A stretch of 64,000 bases of DNA. Source: Octopus bimaculoides (lineage: Eukaryota). This document shows positions 61,701-64,000 of the stretch, one piece after another. Below the pieces are notes generated by a model, which made no database searches, was not told the origin of the DNA, and saw only the letters and a list, made by a program, of their open reading frames with translations. Location: the NCBI RefSeq assembly GCF_001194135.2, contig NC_068982.1:177987589-178051588 (forward strand), given 5' to 3'. Position numbers and translations under genes: made by a program. Every line of letters starts with the position of its first letter. Within the stretch, counting starts at the first letter, position 1.

Positions 61701-63005
61701 AGAATATCAAATCACTAAAAATGAAAAAGGAGAGAAAGATTGGAAAACTTACTCTTTATGAATAATTTCAATATAATTGTTTGGTATATAGCCTGTGTTG
61801 CCTTTCATTTGAGCACGATACCAATTTGGGTCAGTTTCCATATCAATAATCTAAAATGAAAATTAGATAAATATCAAATAAATAGACAACTACACACACA
61901 CACACACACAGTGTTTTAAGCCAACTATTCACAGAAAGATGCATCAGATATGTACAGTAGACCAATGGGTGTGTCTTTCAAAGGAATTCCTGCAAAGCAG
62001 TAAGATATACACATGGTCATTCTATAAATAAGAGTGACTTGTCTGATTTGAGTTACAAATATCCCAATGACTTCATTAAAAAAAATTTATCAATGAAAAC
62101 AGTGAAAAGTAAAATATTAATGATAGTAAACATGCTGATCAACAGTGCAAATGCTCAAATTAATACAATATCAGTTAGCCTGTATTTTTACACCAGACTT
62201 TATACGATTTAAAGTTTTTGTATATAATACAAGTATTCAGTAGTCATATACAATATCATACCATATTAAGTATATCTTTGTAACATACAAGATATATTGT
62301 TATTGTATATTACATCTCGTATATATTTGAATTTGAAGAGACATCCAACCTAATAAAAGTGCTTGAAAATTTTTTTTTTAAATCCAAATGATTATACACT
62401 TTATTTTCCAAATGTTCATTAAATACGTCTTGCATCTTAATTTGTCTATTTAAAATCTGCTCTCTCTCTCTCACTCTCTTGATACACTGCACAACAAAAC
62501 CTTAATGTATGCATATATAATTCAGACATACCACCATTCAAACATCCACCATTCCATGCTCATATGAGTTGGATGGAATTTACTTTGGCAGATTTTCTAC
62601 AGTTAAATACCTTTCCTGTTGCCAACTCACCTGTTTCCAAATAAGTAATAGTGTGCCATGATCAGGCATGTTTTTATGGAAGATTGGAAACATAGGACAT
62701 CATTTGCATGATGGTCACATTCATTTACAATTACCATGCAGTATTAAGACAGGGAGAACACACACACACAAACTAGGCTTCTTTCAGTTTCTGTCTACCA
62801 AATCCACTCAAGAGGCTTAGAGCTATAATAGAAGACACTAGCCCTAGATGCTACATAAAAATGGGAAAATAATACATAAACTAGTGGATATCCATGAAAA
62901 ATCTAAGAGTGATAAATATTTAGTTTTATAGATAATTACTTGTGACAAACTACTGAAAGGAATTAATTCGATAAAATACATTTTTCTTCTCTCTCGCTTG
63001 TGTGT

Positions 63006-63047
<42 letters not shown>

Positions 63048-63703
63048 NNNNNNNNNNNNNNNNNNNNNNNNNNNNNNNNNNNNNNNNNNNNNNNNNNNNN
63101 NNNNNNNNNNNNNNNNNNNNNNNNNNNNNNNNNNNNNNNNNNNNNNNATTTCAAAGGCTCGTAAATGTTTAAAATACATTTATTTACATATATACCACAC
63201 TTGTTTTAACAATATTTTTTGTTTGTCAATGGTAAAAGTGTACAATTAGAAAAACATCATTATAAGTTTCAATGTTGACAAGTCAAAATGTTTCAATGTT
63301 AACAAACTAAAATGTTTCAGTGTTGGTAAATTAAGATGTTTCTATGTTGATAAATTATCATGTTCAAAACAGAAGGTGTAAGTTTGAAATTAAAACTGTA
63401 TATTAATTTGTTAGAATGTACAAGGTTCATTAATTTCAGTGGTGGTCGATAAGTCATACTGAAAAATCAAGTGTGAGAATTAAAATAGTAAAAAAAGGAG
63501 ATTTGGTTTACGGTTTCTCAGATCTTCTTTAAACAGTCGCTTTCGCTTGTAATGGTATGTTTAGGGAAAGATGTATTTATAAATTGTTGTTGTACTTGGG
63601 GATGGTCATATTGCCAGTTTAGCCAATAAAAACACACGCACTGTATATTTGGTGTTAATTTGCTTCAGCTTTATATTACATTATATTACATTAATCCTAT
63701 TTC

Positions 63704-63748
63704 GGCCAAAGTTCTTTCGTCACACTTCTGTGTCCTCATCAGTGGTCC
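63704..63748 (-). ncRNA. Second Penelope-type minimal hammerhead-like motif
   Basis: GGACCA-CUGAUGA-G-GACACA(GAAG)UGUGAC-GAAA-G(AA)CUU/UGGCC. Confidence 0.5.
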
Positions 63749-64000
63749 TTTGCTTTCTTCTTTCTTATGTGTGTCTCACCTTGCTAACTATCAGCCATTT
63801 TGTATTTTGTATTCCTATTGTATGTGTCTACGCATGTGTATCCTTCAATGTGTTTTTGTAAGTGCATGCGTGTGTATGGGGAGTGCCTATATTATCTATA
63901 TCCTCTGTTAATACATGTTCGTTTGTTTTTGTTTTTATTTATTTATTTGTTCATGTGTTTATACCTACTTCTCTTTTTTTTTTTTTTGTATTTAATTTAG

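Overview
AT-rich, microsatellite- and retroelement-dense animal genomic scaffold with six N-gaps. The 5S sequence and SINE/RTE repeat content point to a coleoid cephalopod, most likely Octopus (inference). Two convergent intron-rich genes were assembled by hand from GT-AG sites with consistent phases. The first is the 3' part of SMCR8 (+ strand, 12 exons, 1820-30812, 386 aa to the stop). The second is the SH2 + C-terminal SH3 part of a divergent GRB2-family adaptor (- strand, 3 exons, 52537-43142); its N-terminal SH3 exons were not found. The rest is mostly transposable elements: RTE LINE fragments and many truncated 3' ends, several tRNA-type SINE families, a full-length dead mariner, Tc1/pogo/piggyBac/hAT-like MITEs, a Helitron and Penelope-like remnants. 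Most notable are a full-length 5S rRNA fused directly to an RTE 3' tail (a chimeric retrocopy or SINE3 candidate) and a 247-bp TSD-flanked palindromic insertion carrying two opposed, degenerate Penelope-type hammerhead ribozyme motifs. A second hammerhead family lies near the window end. All homology statements are from recalled sequences, not database searches.
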